A stretch of DNA of 64,000 bases from Octopus vulgaris (Eukaryota), in contig OX597815.1 in the NCBI GenBank assembly GCA_951406725.2, positions 198,400,001-198,464,000 on the forward strand, written 5' to 3'. The notes below the pieces were generated by a model that was not told the origin of the DNA, ran no database searches, and saw only the letters and a list, made by a program, of their open reading frames with translations. Shown in pieces: positions 1-12,706 of this stretch. Each line of letters begins with the position of its first letter. The first letter of the stretch is position 1. The translations under genes and the position numbers were made by a program.

Positions 1-189
1 TTTGGATAGCCTGTTATTTTGTTGGCACAAGAAGGATGAAAGGCAGATTTGATTTTGGAGGGATTTAGATACTAACATAAAACAGATACGTGCATTAACA
101 CAGATATACAGACATTTATATGTGGTGTTAGAACTAGAATTAACTGAAATCACCCCATTGTTTTTAGAGAAGCATAACTTCAAGACAGA

Positions 190-232
190 AAGATAGATAG
201 ATGGATGGATAGAGAGATAGATAGAGAGGGAG

Positions 233-306
<74 letters not shown>

Positions 307-332
307 TTAGATAGATAGATAGATATATAGAT
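190..332. repeat. (GATA)n microsatellite
   Basis: Direct tetranucleotide repeat; source of the spurious 'YLSIYLSI' ORF. Similar tracts at about 21550-21612, 55512-55575 and 58505-58578. Confidence 0.97.
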
Positions 333-1048
333 AGGGATAATTGACTTATAATATTTATCGTAGATATTCATTGCTTTATATTTAACGCAAGTGGTGAAGT
401 CACAAAGTTTAATATCCTTAGCTACAACTTGTTCAACGGCAGTAATTTTACGTGCGCGCAAATAAACCAGTAAACCTGCTTTTTCTCTTTCGTGCATATT
501 ACTAAATAATAGCCTCGATGACATGCAATGAAACAAGTATATCTTTTCCTCATTAATCATAACACTAACCAACGCTATCAGTTCTGTTTAGCTGTATGTT
601 ACGTTTCATACTAGGTCCATTATGCATTTAAATTTTGATGCGCTTCCATTACATTTAATATTGTTTTAAACCACTGCGTTCAAAACTGTTCAAAACACAC
701 AAACATACAAATGCATATAAACTTAAGTACATGTATGTATACATTTTAACACCAGGCCTGCTATGGAAAAATACATTTGTTTCGATGTTGTAAATTTGTT
801 TTCCTTTTCTACTTATTTTTCACTTCTCTATCTTATACAAAAAGGATCCTTAGATTCACTTTTGTTACAACTGTCAGTGTATTTATTTTCCTTTTACTAT
901 TCGTTCGTCCATTATTGCTTTCTCGTTTATTAGGTTATGAATCGCTTTCCTCATTCCTTGTATTAATATTTTTCGTCACCTTAGGCCCCTTAAAATCACT
1001 TGTTTGCTTGGTGCTATTTATTTCTGCCTCTTTCCGTGTGTGTGTATA

Positions 1049-1151
<103 letters not shown>

Positions 1152-1196
1152 GTGCGTGTGTGTATGTATATGTATATATATATATACATATATATA

Positions 1197-1599
1197 TAAT
1201 AAATATTAGGGAATAAATCCAAATTTACAGGGAAAAAATCAGATTTAGGATTAAATCCAATTTTATAGTAAAATATTATAAAATATTATTAGAGACAAAA
1301 CCACTATTTTGCAAAACAAACAAGGAAAGACTTAATCAATACATAAAATTTTAATAAATAGTCAAAAAACCGCCACTACAATTGTTTCTTGTCTTGATCG
1401 ACAATCTTCAGTGGATTCAATAAGTCAGTTTCAAATTATGAAACTGACTTATTGGAAGTCCACCTGAAGATTGTCGATCAAGACAAGAAACAATTGTAGT
1501 GGCGGTATTTTTGACTATTTATTAAAATTTTATGTATTGATTAAGTCTTTCCTTGTTTGTTTTGCAAAATAGTGGTTTTGTCTCTAATAATATTTTATA
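1197..1599. mobile_element. Fold-back (PLE-like) mini-element in a (TA)n tract: inverted repeat 1277-1599 plus an unpaired tail of about 80 bp
   Basis: Arms of about 160 bp are near-perfect reverse complements around the loop aatta (1434-1438). The tail 1197-1276 is homologous, in reverse, to 36890-36930. (TA)n flanks both sides. Confidence 0.8.
1460..1502 (+). ncRNA. Minimal type I hammerhead ribozyme motif
   Basis: ccac-CTGAAGA-ttgtc(gatcaa)gacaa-GAAA-caattG-TA-gtgg. Stems I and II are intact, stem III is palindromic (acaattgt), and the cleavage triplet is GUA. A mirror copy lies on the minus strand at 1373-1414 with one C missing from stem I. Confidence 0.85.
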
Positions 1600-1671
1600 C
1601 ATATATATATATATAATTAGTGAATGGAAGAAATGGAGCTGAACGAAGATTCTACAGAATTCCTTTTATTA

Positions 1672-1756
1672 CATTATACACATGTTTCAAAGGCCACAAA
1701 TTTCCAAATTCTGATTGAATAAGGATACCATATTGCAGCTTTCTCTTCAGGAAAAT
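1672..1756 (-). ncRNA. Hammerhead ribozyme motif with extended stem II (degenerate stem I)
   Basis: Minus strand: CTGAAGA gaaagctgcaa ... ttgtggccttt GAAAC atgt GTA. Stem II pairs with G.U wobbles; stem III contains the palindrome acatgt. Confidence 0.55.
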
Positions 1757-1937
1757 CCAGGAATTACGATGTCCAAACAACACAAAGGCGCAGCAAGCAA
1801 CACGAACAAGAACGCTCCCTAGGAGCCCATGAAGTGGGGGTAAACTCCAACCGTGTTTTTTCTGCTGTGATTTTTGCTACCCAGGTATCGGTTAAACTTT
1901 TGAATAATATGTAACAAGATAATTCATCTTTCCATTT

Positions 1938-1969
<32 letters not shown>

Positions 1970-2065
1970 GAATATATATACATATATATATAATGTTTAT
2001 ATATGTATGTTTGTATGTATGTCTGTATGTATGTATGTATGTATGTATGTATGTATATATATATG

Positions 2066-2163
<98 letters not shown>

Positions 2164-2189
2164 TTATATATATATATATATATATACTT

Positions 2190-2405
2190 TGATAGGTTTC
2201 ATAGATAGATATCATCACCTGGCGAAGTCATTCAGATCAGGTATCTGACAACATAGCCCACACGAGTAGAGAGTTATTGTTTCTAGCCTAAGGTTCATTC
2301 GGGATTTCTTGAAGGAATTTGTCCAAAGACTTCTTAAACTTTATGGGGTCTGTTTCTGCTTTAATGTGTTCTGGTGTAATGTTAATGAAAGCCGAGCCAA
2401 TTCAG
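2190..2405 (-). mobile_element. CR1-like LINE 3' end relic
   Basis: Minus-strand translation IGSAFINITPEHIKAETDPIKFKKSLDKFLQEIPNEP*ARNNNSL matches the CR1-type ORF2 C-terminal pattern (FN.LP...FK..LDKFL..IPDEP...NSL). Confidence 0.7.
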
Positions 2406-2585
2406 GGGAAATAATTGTGCCGTATATATATATATATACAGAGGCGATGCGAGTATGATTTATGTCGCGGCCGGCTAGCACGGGGCCTAAGACTTGGGTG
2501 TATCTTAAGATGATGCTAACATCATTTGAGCAATGCTGATAGGATATTTTCTACATCATACAAATGATGTAGTGCTCACGCCAGC

Positions 2586-2688
<103 letters not shown>

Positions 2689-3079
2689 GAAAGCCAGAAA
2701 ATGGACAAAAGTACAGACATGCACACACAGACACACGCTCAAACATACACATGCATGCACACCAAAAAACATTATATATATACATACATACAAACATACA
2801 TACATACATACATACATAACTCCCTGCCTCTTTCTGTCTGGCAGCCTCAATTTTTTTAACATTCTCATTTCGCACACTTTCCATACAATATATACACATA
2901 CATATATGTATATATATATATATGCACATGTATGTATATATGGGTATATATTGTATGCAAAGTGTGACAGAAGTGAATAAGAAAAAAGTGAGTTTGTTTG
3001 CAAGATAGAAAGTGGAAGGGATTACGAAAAACAAGGAAGAGAAAGGAAAAGAAGATAAAGGCCGAAACCGGCAGTATTA

Positions 3080-3860
3080 TACTCTCTATCTTTCTCTCTT
3101 TTACTTGTTTCAGTCATTTGACTGCGGCCATGCTGGAGCACCGCCTTTAGTCGAGCAAATCGACCCCGGGACTTATTCTTTTGTAAGCCCAATACTTATT
3201 CTATCGGTCTCTTTTGCCGAACTGCTAAGTTTACTCTTTTAATTGTTTCAGTCATTTCACTGCGGCCATGCTGGAGCACCGCCTTTAGTCTATCAAATCG
3301 ACCCCGGGACTTATTCTTTTGTAAGCCCAGCACTTATTCTATCGGTCTCTTTTTGCCGAACACCGCTAAGTGACGGGGAAGTAAACACACCAGCATTGGT
3401 TGTCAAGCAATGCTAGGGGGACAAACACAGACACACAAACATATACACACACTTATATATATATATACATATATACTCTTTTATTATTTTACTTGTTTCA
3501 GTCATTTGACTGCGGCCATGCTGGAGCACCGCCTTTAATCGAGCAACTCGTCCCCGGAACTTATTCTTTTGTAAGCCCAGTACTTATTCTATCGGTCTCT
3601 TTTGCCGAACCGCTAAGTAACGGGGACATAAACACTAGGGGACAAACACAGACACACAAACATGTATATATATATATATATATATATACATATATACGAC
3701 AGGCTTCTTTCAGTTTCCATCTACCAAATCCACTCACAAGGCATTGGTCGGCCCGGAGCTAGAGCAGGAGACACTTGCCCAAGATGCCACGCACTGGGAC
3801 TGAACCTGCAACCATGTGGTTGGTTAACAAGCTACTTACCACACAGCTACTCCTGCGCCT
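3080..3860 (-). mobile_element. tRNA-derived SINE family B with triplicated 3' module
   Basis: Head aggcgcaggagtagctgtgtggtaag ends at 3860. The 3' module (cagtcatttgactgcggccatgctggagcaccgcc...gccgaa) recurs at about 3100, 3245 and 3495. Homologous to 34290-34756. Confidence 0.9.
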
Positions 3861-4617
3861 GAATATATTCACAATTTTCATATAAATGTAAACATAACAG
3901 TGATTCTATAAAATTACAGCTCAAACAAAATGTGGGTTAAACATTCAAATATGTTTTAGCGTTTACCTGAACACAAAAGTCACCGCATAACTAAATTACC
4001 GTTTTGTCGGACATATTTCGATAACTGTTAGCACAATCAATGAATAAAATTATTGAAACAACTATAAAAAAAGCAAAAACGATTTGTAAATTAGTCTGAA
4101 TATTTAAATTGACATGATGGAGATGAAACTATTTCAATACATCAGACTTAAATAGCTAGGCCGTTAAGAATGTACAGTATATGTGTATACAATGTATATT
4201 TACGTGTCTGTATAAGTTAACAGCCTGTCGGTTGGTAAGAGGAAAGGAAATCAGAGAACCGATTTCTGATGTTATATAATACAAAATATATACTTAGATT
4301 ACATAGTATCAGAGATTATACACATATTTCAATTATTTAATTTTGTTATCATGAGAGATGAAAATGAAAGCTTTTACTCTCATCAAGATACTAAGAATTA
4401 ACATGTTTCCAATGAATAAATCTAATCGTAGAGGAGGGATTATTAACAAACTTGGTTAGAGTGAGAAGGATAAGGATTTAAGATAATAATTTTGTCTCAT
4501 CTATCTCGCTTTGTTTCTCGTGAAAATGGAGCTGTCATCTGATATGTTACCAGGCTATTCGCCCTGTTGCAAATATGAGCAATCATATGCACGTATTGCA
4601 GCCTATATTTTTAACAG

Positions 4618-5216
4618 GAGGCGGTGAACTGGCAGAATCGTTAGCACACCGGGCGAAATGCTTAGTAGTATTTCGTCTGTCGTTACGTTCTGAGTTCAAA
4701 TTCCGTGAGGTCGACTTTGCCTTTCATCCTTTCGGGGTCGATAAATAGAGTACCAGTCTCGCACTGGGGTCGATGTAATCGACTTAATCCCTTTGTCTGT
4801 CTTTGTTTATCCCCTCTATGTTTAGCCCCTTGTGGGTAGTAAAGAAATCGGTATTTCGTCTGCCGTTACGTTCTGAGTTCAAATTCCGCCGAGGTCAACT
4901 TTGCATTTCATCCTTTCGGGGTCGATAAATAGAGTACCAGTTTTGCACTGGGGTCGATGTAATCGACTTAATTCCTTTGTCTGTCTTTGTTTGTCCCCTC
5001 TATGTTTAGCCCCTTGTGGGTAGTACAGAAATAGGTATTTCGTCTGCCGCTACGTTCTGAGTTCAAATTCCGCCGAGGTCAACTTTGCCTTTCATCCTTT
5101 CGGGGTCGATAAATTAAGTACCAGTAACGCACTGGGGTCGATGTAATCGACTTATCCCTTTGTCTGTCCTTGTTTGTCCCCTCTATGTTTAGCCCCTTGT
5201 GTGCAATAAAGAAATA
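4618..5216 (+). mobile_element. tRNA-derived SINE family A: one head plus three tandem ~183-bp bodies
   Basis: Head tggcagaatcgttagc with B-box-like gagttcaaattcc. Units restart at gtatttcgtc (4668, 4851, 5035). 14-bp TSD tatatttttaacag at 4604-4617 and 5217-5230. Confidence 0.92.
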
Positions 5217-7237
5217 TATATTTTTAACAGATTGCTTCCATATAAGATATAGGGGCCATAGTTGTAGCTAGGATCATTTTAATTAAGCTCATGCTTCGAT
5301 TGTGGTAGATTACAGTAGATTAACGACATGGAAAAATCATGAAAATATATTTTTTTAAATGTACAATAGAAATACCTAAGTTGCAATTAAGAAAACCAAA
5401 TTTCATCGTGCTGTAAAATGTTCCGTAGATTTAAATGCAAAATTAATAAATATTAAGAGGTTTCATTCTTGCATGTTACATACTTCGCATCACTTTTTCT
5501 ACTGCTATACAAAACGTTGTTGTTCAGCAACTGATAATAAGCTATATCTTAATAGATATAAAAGTGCGTATATTTCTTTAGTTGTTAAAATAAAAAGAGA
5601 TTTTATCGCATATGGAACCTATGAAGTATTAACATTAACCAAAAAAATACCTCCATTTTGTGCGAAAGTGCATTTCTCGAATACATGCACATCGTTGTAT
5701 ATCAACGTATGTGTTTAGACTTTGGCTAAATTTTGAATACACGAGATATTTCTCATGTGGCAAAATCATCTAGATACAGATTCTGTCTCTCAAACATCAT
5801 GAGAAACATTCTTCTCATTCTTATGGTTTGCCGTATAAACTTCTTTTTCACCTGTTTATGATTCTATTGGTAACATATAAGACCATTACTACATGTATTG
5901 TGGATATAACTGGTGTACGAGTGTACTGAAGTATTGTGGTTTGTATGCCTGTATGTAAAATAACTGGTAGACAACATTTATTATTTCCACGCTGCTAGAT
6001 GCTACTGTTTGCGATTTACTTATATTAGCACCATTAACGATGTTGTTGATTTTGTGTGGTTTTTGAAATACTTTGTCGTTTGTTTTTATGTGTTTTTTAC
6101 TGTTTCGGCATTATGTTTATTATACGCAGCGTAAAATATCTTGTACGTGTTCGCTTGGAATTTTGTCTTTTCAGACTTTCGACTTTGTTGTATATAGATA
6201 GAATTGTTGATTGCCTCGTTAATGTAGTGTTGTATGTCAAAACAGGTTTTGTGGTTAAAGATCGATTGTAGCCGTTTGAAGTAATGCAATCGATACATCT
6301 TATATGAATCTTTTAGTAATATACGAATGACTTTTTAATCAATTAGTCTAATGGCAAGAAATCACATCATTAGGTCAGATATAACTTATTCAGATCTATA
6401 TATAGAAGAAATTCAATAATAATTGTTTTGCGTAGAAGCCTGTGTCATAGTCACTAAGTATAATTCTTTTTCCTCTCAACACAGCTACTAATTTTAGAAA
6501 TTATTTTAACTGGTTCTGCAGGATAAGAGCTGTTTTTTTTATTTCTTTCTTGTCTTTTGTTTGTATATTTATTTTTTCATAGGTCTCACATTTTCTTCTA
6601 TCTATTTAGAAAATGGATGTATTATTTTGACTCCTTTTGTCACCACCGAATTCAAAACTTGATTTTCCAGGTTTGAGCTATAAACAATTATTTGTGGCGT
6701 TTATGTCAATTCATAAAGATATAAGAAAAACGCCAATCCTGTTGTGAATTTACTTCCGGAAGCGGATGCAACTCACACATGGAGGTTTTTTCTTTCTGAG
6801 TTAGTCATTTTTCAAATCTATAGGAACCTTCTCATCAGTGGATATACATATCTAACAAATTGTAACTTTCGATGAATAAAAAAAAATTTTTATTGACTCA
6901 AAGCCCTCTCAGAAAAGGGGTCTAAAGAAATACTGTTATTATGAGATTTATGCATAACTAATGCACAAACCTGAAAATAGTAGAATTTCTTTCCTAGCTC
7001 CTTCATAATAATGGTGAAATTAGAGTAGAGAGCATGTGTTGAATAATATTTGAATACATGAATACGTTGATCATGTAAACATAGTAATTTCGCTTTTGTT
7101 CCTTTTTCTTTTATGTAAGTGTATAACATCTCTCTCCCCCTCTATCTCTCTCCATTTCACTTTTTGTACATGGAGTTTTATATTTCAGACCACTACATAC
7201 ACATACGTACATATATTTGTGTGTGTGTAGACAGTTT

Positions 7238-7273
<36 letters not shown>

Positions 7274-7879
7274 TGCATAAAAGCACAAACACACACACAC
7301 ACATACATAAAACTACAAACACACACACACATGGACAAGAGTATATGGAGAATGATAAGTGGAAGAAGGAGTATGCTTTATAATTTGACTTTGTATAATG
7401 GACGGCAATATTATTATATTAAGGTTGTTCCACGATTTTAATACCGGAGGAATATATTTGTCTCAGAATATATTCTTCGAATCAATATGCATTGCACTCG
7501 TTTATAGCTTTCATAAACGCAGTCGATTCCAGTGCGAATTATACATGAAAGTACTTCATAGCGCGTCTGAAACTAAGCCAGGATATACCACACAACAATA
7601 AATTTTAAAACGAGAACTTGCAGCAAGAGCCAATTCAATCAGATGACACTTTTCGGATATAAAGTATCAGTATTCTTTCATTAATATAATTTTATGATTC
7701 ATTTTTTAAGCAACACTGCAAAAATTTCTGTCGCATTCTAGAGTGCAGTTATGAATACATACGTACAAACACACACACACGTCCGTGCCCACGCATACAC
7801 TCATACCGACATATATTCATGTTCATATATGTAAATACATATAGGTGAATATATATATATATATAGAATAATATGTAAT

Positions 7880-8133
7880 ATTTCCTTCTTGAGTCTTGCA
7901 AGGCTCATGAGGGGCGGGTTACAGGATTCAATGGTGTGCATTTTCTCCAATTGGATGGGACATCGGTCTATCGCAGGATTACTCATTTTTGCTAGCTGAG
8001 TGGACTGGAGCGACATTAAAATGAAGTGCTTTGCTCAAGAACACAACGCGTTGCCCGGTCCAGAAATCGAAATCACTTTCTCATGTCATGGTCCTGAGTC
8101 CAACACCCTAACCACTAAACCACGCACTTCCAC
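7880..8133 (-). mobile_element. SINE family D head with V-domain-like tail
   Basis: Homologous to 46349-46586 and 57524-57778 (ttgctcaagaacacaacgcg...taaccactaa). The tail reads cctgcgatagaccgatgtcccatcc on the minus strand. Confidence 0.8.
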
Positions 8134-8149
8134 ACACACACACACACAT

Positions 8150-8187
<38 letters not shown>

Positions 8188-8257
8188 GCACACACAGATG
8201 AATATACACACACTCACAAGCACATATACAAATATATATGTATATATTTATATATAC

Positions 8258-8466
8258 TTTATTTAAAGCAGCAGAAAATTCAACAAAACCTGTTACTCTG
8301 AGTTTCCCGTTGCAGTTCAAACTGTCCGATGAACGGCAACGGGAAACTCAGAGTAACAGGTTTTATTGAATTTTCTGCTGCTTTGAATAAAGCATATTAC
8401 TCTACCACTGGTATTTGAGTACTCTTTGTTCCACCTTGTTTCACATTTATGTGTTTACTCCGGTAT
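8258..8466. mobile_element. Fold-back mini-element between (TA)n tracts with a variant hammerhead (8322-8359, +)
   Basis: Arms 8258-8319 and 8330-8390, then an unpaired tail of about 75 bp. Motif ctgt-CCGATGA-acggcaacgg-GAAAC-tcagaGTA-acag has stem I ctgt/acag and a U-to-C change in the core. Confidence 0.7.
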
Positions 8467-8472
8467 ATTTAT

Positions 8473-8567
<95 letters not shown>

Positions 8568-9574
8568 ATAGTAGTGATATAGGTTGCAAAAACGTGAGAT
8601 GTACAATAAAATTTGTAGAAAGAACGACGACGGAAAGAAAATGAGAGTGAATGGGAATAATCGCTATAGAAATCATTAAAATAAGACTTTAGAAGGAAGA
8701 ATATATCCAAGAACAGAAGTAAGTGTGAAGATGGACGATTGAAAGATTAAAAAGAGCAACTTCCAGAAACTACGAGCTGTATATAGAGATATCCAGAAGT
8801 GAAAGTGAGAGAGAGGAAAAGAGAGAGAAGGAGTGTGTGTGTTTGTGTGTGTATGACAGAGAGAGAGAGAGGTAATGGTTGTAAAGAAAAGAATAAAACA
8901 TATATGTAGAAGGCAATGGAAGATCAGCTGAAAATTGAATATATTTTGAAGGTGAAATAGCTAGCCAGATAATATAGGAGATACTTGATGGATTCGATGT
9001 AGTGACAGGTAAACAACTCGATGCATATATTCCTCTGTGCTCGTATAAGGCAAGGTATTTGTGCGCCCATGGATACAACCGCACATCCTATCATGAATAT
9101 ATTCGTTTTGTTTAAAGATATATACATTCATAGAGAGATGCATACACCCATATATATATATATATATATATATACACATGCATATATAAACATACATAAA
9201 TATGTATAATATAATGTATGTGCGTGTGTGTATACACACGAAATGAAAGGGAGATCAAAAGGCATGCACATAAATGGATAGATACATTATAAATATATAG
9301 ATTTATTGACATATAAACACGTAGCCAGAAATATATATTTCTCTGTAGAGATAAGCACCGACAGATGCACATACATATATATATATGTGTGTGTTGGGTG
9401 TGTGTGGAAGTGTGTGTGTGTGTGGAAGGCGTATATGTGTGTAAAGAGAGAGGAATATGAGAGACTGAAAGGAGAAGAATGGAGGACGACGAGTTCTGCA
9501 AAGAGGGGTACAAAGCTAGATCCATAAAGGAAAATAAATCAAAGAACTTAGAAAACGCAACGGTAGAGTGGTAA

Positions 9575-9683
<109 letters not shown>

Positions 9684-10136
9684 GATATATATTCGCACAA
9701 ATTTCTTGGATAGTGATGTGTGTTGCAGGTTTGGCAACATGAATGTTTGAACGGTTGGTTGAACATAGAAATAGATTTTATGTGAAGGGTTATTGGTTGG
9801 ATGATTATAAGAATATGAGGCTGGAAATATATATATGTATATATTATCGGATAAAAGAACAACGATGTAAGTTATAAAGATAACTGAATAGGTGGTCAAA
9901 TTTCAAGTTGTATTTCTTGTTTGCTCTTTCCAAATATCCGCCTGTCTTAACAGCCTGCAAAAAAAGAGAAAAGTTACCATAATTATACCATAAGTCATTA
10001 TGTCAAATAATACAAGATAAGGGTTTATATCTTAAATAATTATACATATTGGTTTCCTGTTGGGCATGTGTTTGTATGTATATATATATATATGTTGGTA
10101 TGCACTTATGTAAATAATATATATATACATATATAC

Positions 10137-10206
<70 letters not shown>

Positions 10207-10213
10207 GTACATA

Positions 10214-10300
<87 letters not shown>

Positions 10301-11159
10301 GTAAATATATATATATATACAAGTGGATGAATAGTAGGATATCAACGACATATTTTAGTATAATATTCTCTTGCGTCTAAAGGGAAAATTTGGGGCACTA
10401 AAGTAACACTATTTCAAACAGTAAACATTAATTTAGAATTAAGAAGAATGATATTAAATCTAAAAACCTCAAATTATTTAGCAACCAATATACGAAAGAC
10501 GACTGCTTTAGTAATCTCACGAAAGATATATATATTATAGATTCCGAATCTAGAACTTGACCGCTCCACATCAAACCAATCCTAACTTGTCCTTAAGTTA
10601 TTTTAAATATGTTGAGATCTACGTTATTTCTTAAAATATGATGGGATGATGTTATGTTGAACGCTTTGCGTTAACATGCGGTAAATAATATTTACTACTG
10701 GTGCGTATTATATCGATACTGGTAAAATATCAATGTTGATGCCTTGTATCAGCGTTCTCCGGGCTATTATTAAAAAGTAAAGATTTACAATTTTCACAAA
10801 CCGTTAAATACGTAGAGATTTCATGTTTTCATTGATTTTTACGCATATTTTGTGACTTGCATTTATGCCATCAAAGGAAAATGAGAAATATCAAACTCTA
10901 TCATCTCAGTCGTGTGGCATCTTGACATCCAGAAACCCCTTTTCTCTATATAGAAGTGGAATCCAGTTGTATCGTAAAGAAGAAATATACATAATTCTGT
11001 TAGGTTCTTCAAGTTTAATACACACATTCGCGCATGAGCACACACACACACATGTGCGTGTGTACGTGTGTATGAGTGTTTACTGTTGTGTGCATATATA
11101 AGCATCGATTTGCATTGATGGCGATTACTAACGCTTATAGATACATACGTATATATATT

Positions 11160-11204
<45 letters not shown>

Positions 11205-11382
11205 TATATAAACATATATACATAAATATATATGTATAGGGAGAGAGATAGAGGGGGTGAGTGATAGAGTGTGAAAGTTATTAATGTTTTTGTTGAGTTT
11301 ATATATATAATTACTTTAACATGAGATTGAGAGAATATTTTTAGTACCTATAGTTTATTTTTCTACAGTACATTTGAGAATT

Positions 11383-11552
11383 GCAGACGTGACTGGCTGA
11401 TCAGGAGTTGGAATCCCAACCACATGATTCCGGTCTCAGTCCCTCTTCATGGTACCTTGAGCAAGTGTCTTCTTTTGAAGCATGGGACCGACTAAAATCT
11501 TGTGAATATATTGTGAATAGAATGAAACGGAAACAGAAAGAAGCCCATCATG

Positions 11553-11619
<67 letters not shown>

Positions 11620-11747
11620 TTCTCCTCTCTCCACCAGATGACCACCGATGTTGTTCTGTTTGCTGGGGGTGTTTGTTCGAATAAAATTCTCCAACGCAGA
11701 GACCCTGAATGGCTGCAGTCTTATTACTGAAACAGGTAAAGGAAATG
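11383..11747 (+). mobile_element. Degenerate SINE family B
   Basis: ccttgagcaagtgtcttct...acggaaacagaaagaagccc followed by internal (TA)n(TG)n and a diverged 3' module ending actgaaacaggtaaa. Confidence 0.7.
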
Positions 11748-12545
11748 ATAAACGAAAACTGACCTTTGAACTTTACATTATCAGCCTACGTGAGACCGAT
11801 CAATATTGCTTGGTACACCAAAGCTTAGCTTCTTCTTGTTTTCTTGTTTTTTTTTTTTGTGTGTGTGTGTGTGTGTCAGTTTTTGAATGGAGAATGATAA
11901 ATGGGACAGGTTTTAAATGGTAGATCCTGTTCTTAATATGCTAAATTCGAAACGCTTGACAAATTTAACTTGGTAAATTGCCATCGTCGGTTTACGTGTT
12001 ATGCAAACTACAACGCTTGTGAAGACAGAAGCTTTACAAACGAAAGCTAACGTGGTTATTTTAGGGTTTTCCACAAAAGCTGAATGTTACAGTGCACAGT
12101 AGTTATAATGGCTAAATAACGAGTCTTAAACCGACTTTAAATCAATAAACTGGTGAATGAAAGAAATGCTAACTGACAATGAAACATAATCAGCCGTTTC
12201 CAGTTTCATTCGGCAAACAAAGGTATAAAGCTTTTCTATCGACTTGCAATAGGTCGTTAACGTGATATACAATCGACCAACCTCATTCGTTCTTCGGATA
12301 TACATTCCTGTCGCGCCAATTCTGTTCGTGACCTTCATCAATTTATCTCATAGGCGTTTTGTACAGTAACCATGTGGAAATATTGCACTGCCCAAAAGCA
12401 GAGAACACACCGGCTACTAGACATTCCACCACCTTTTTTTAATTTTTTATTATTTTGTTTTGAGTTGTTTCTGCAAAAATAGCCTCGGGTTTATCTTCGT
12501 CATTGTTTGCTTGTATTTTCACATCCATAATCTGAACGGTGCAAT

Positions 12546-12706
12546 ACCTATTTCTTTATTTCCCACAAGGTGCTAAACATAGAGGAGACAAACATGGACA
12601 GACATAGGTATTAAGTCGATTATATCGACCCCAGTGCTTAACTGGTACTTAATTTATCGACCCCGAAAGGAAAGGCAAAGTCGACCTCGGCGGAATTTGA
12701 ACTCGG
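12546..12706 (-). mobile_element. 5'-truncated SINE family A
   Basis: Reverse complement of the SINE A body (aaggcaaagtcgacctcggcggaatttgaactc). Confidence 0.88.

Noticed and set aside
2188-2225. Hammerhead-like gTGATGA...GAAAC on the minus strand
   Set aside because: The core lacks the first C, the stems are poor, and the segment is better explained as the 3' tail of the adjacent CR1-like relic.
3967-4024. Minus-strand exon-like segment (ctaacag ... CAG|gtaaac)
   Set aside because: Stops in all three frames and no other support.
4618-4710. tRNA-like A/B-box sequences (also at 34290 and 45052)
   Set aside because: They continue into repeat bodies, several with TSDs, and I could not fold a clean cloverleaf; these are SINE heads, not tRNA genes.
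6800-6845. CTGATGA...GAAA on the minus strand
   Set aside because: No convincing stem I, II or III and no inverted-repeat context; likely chance.
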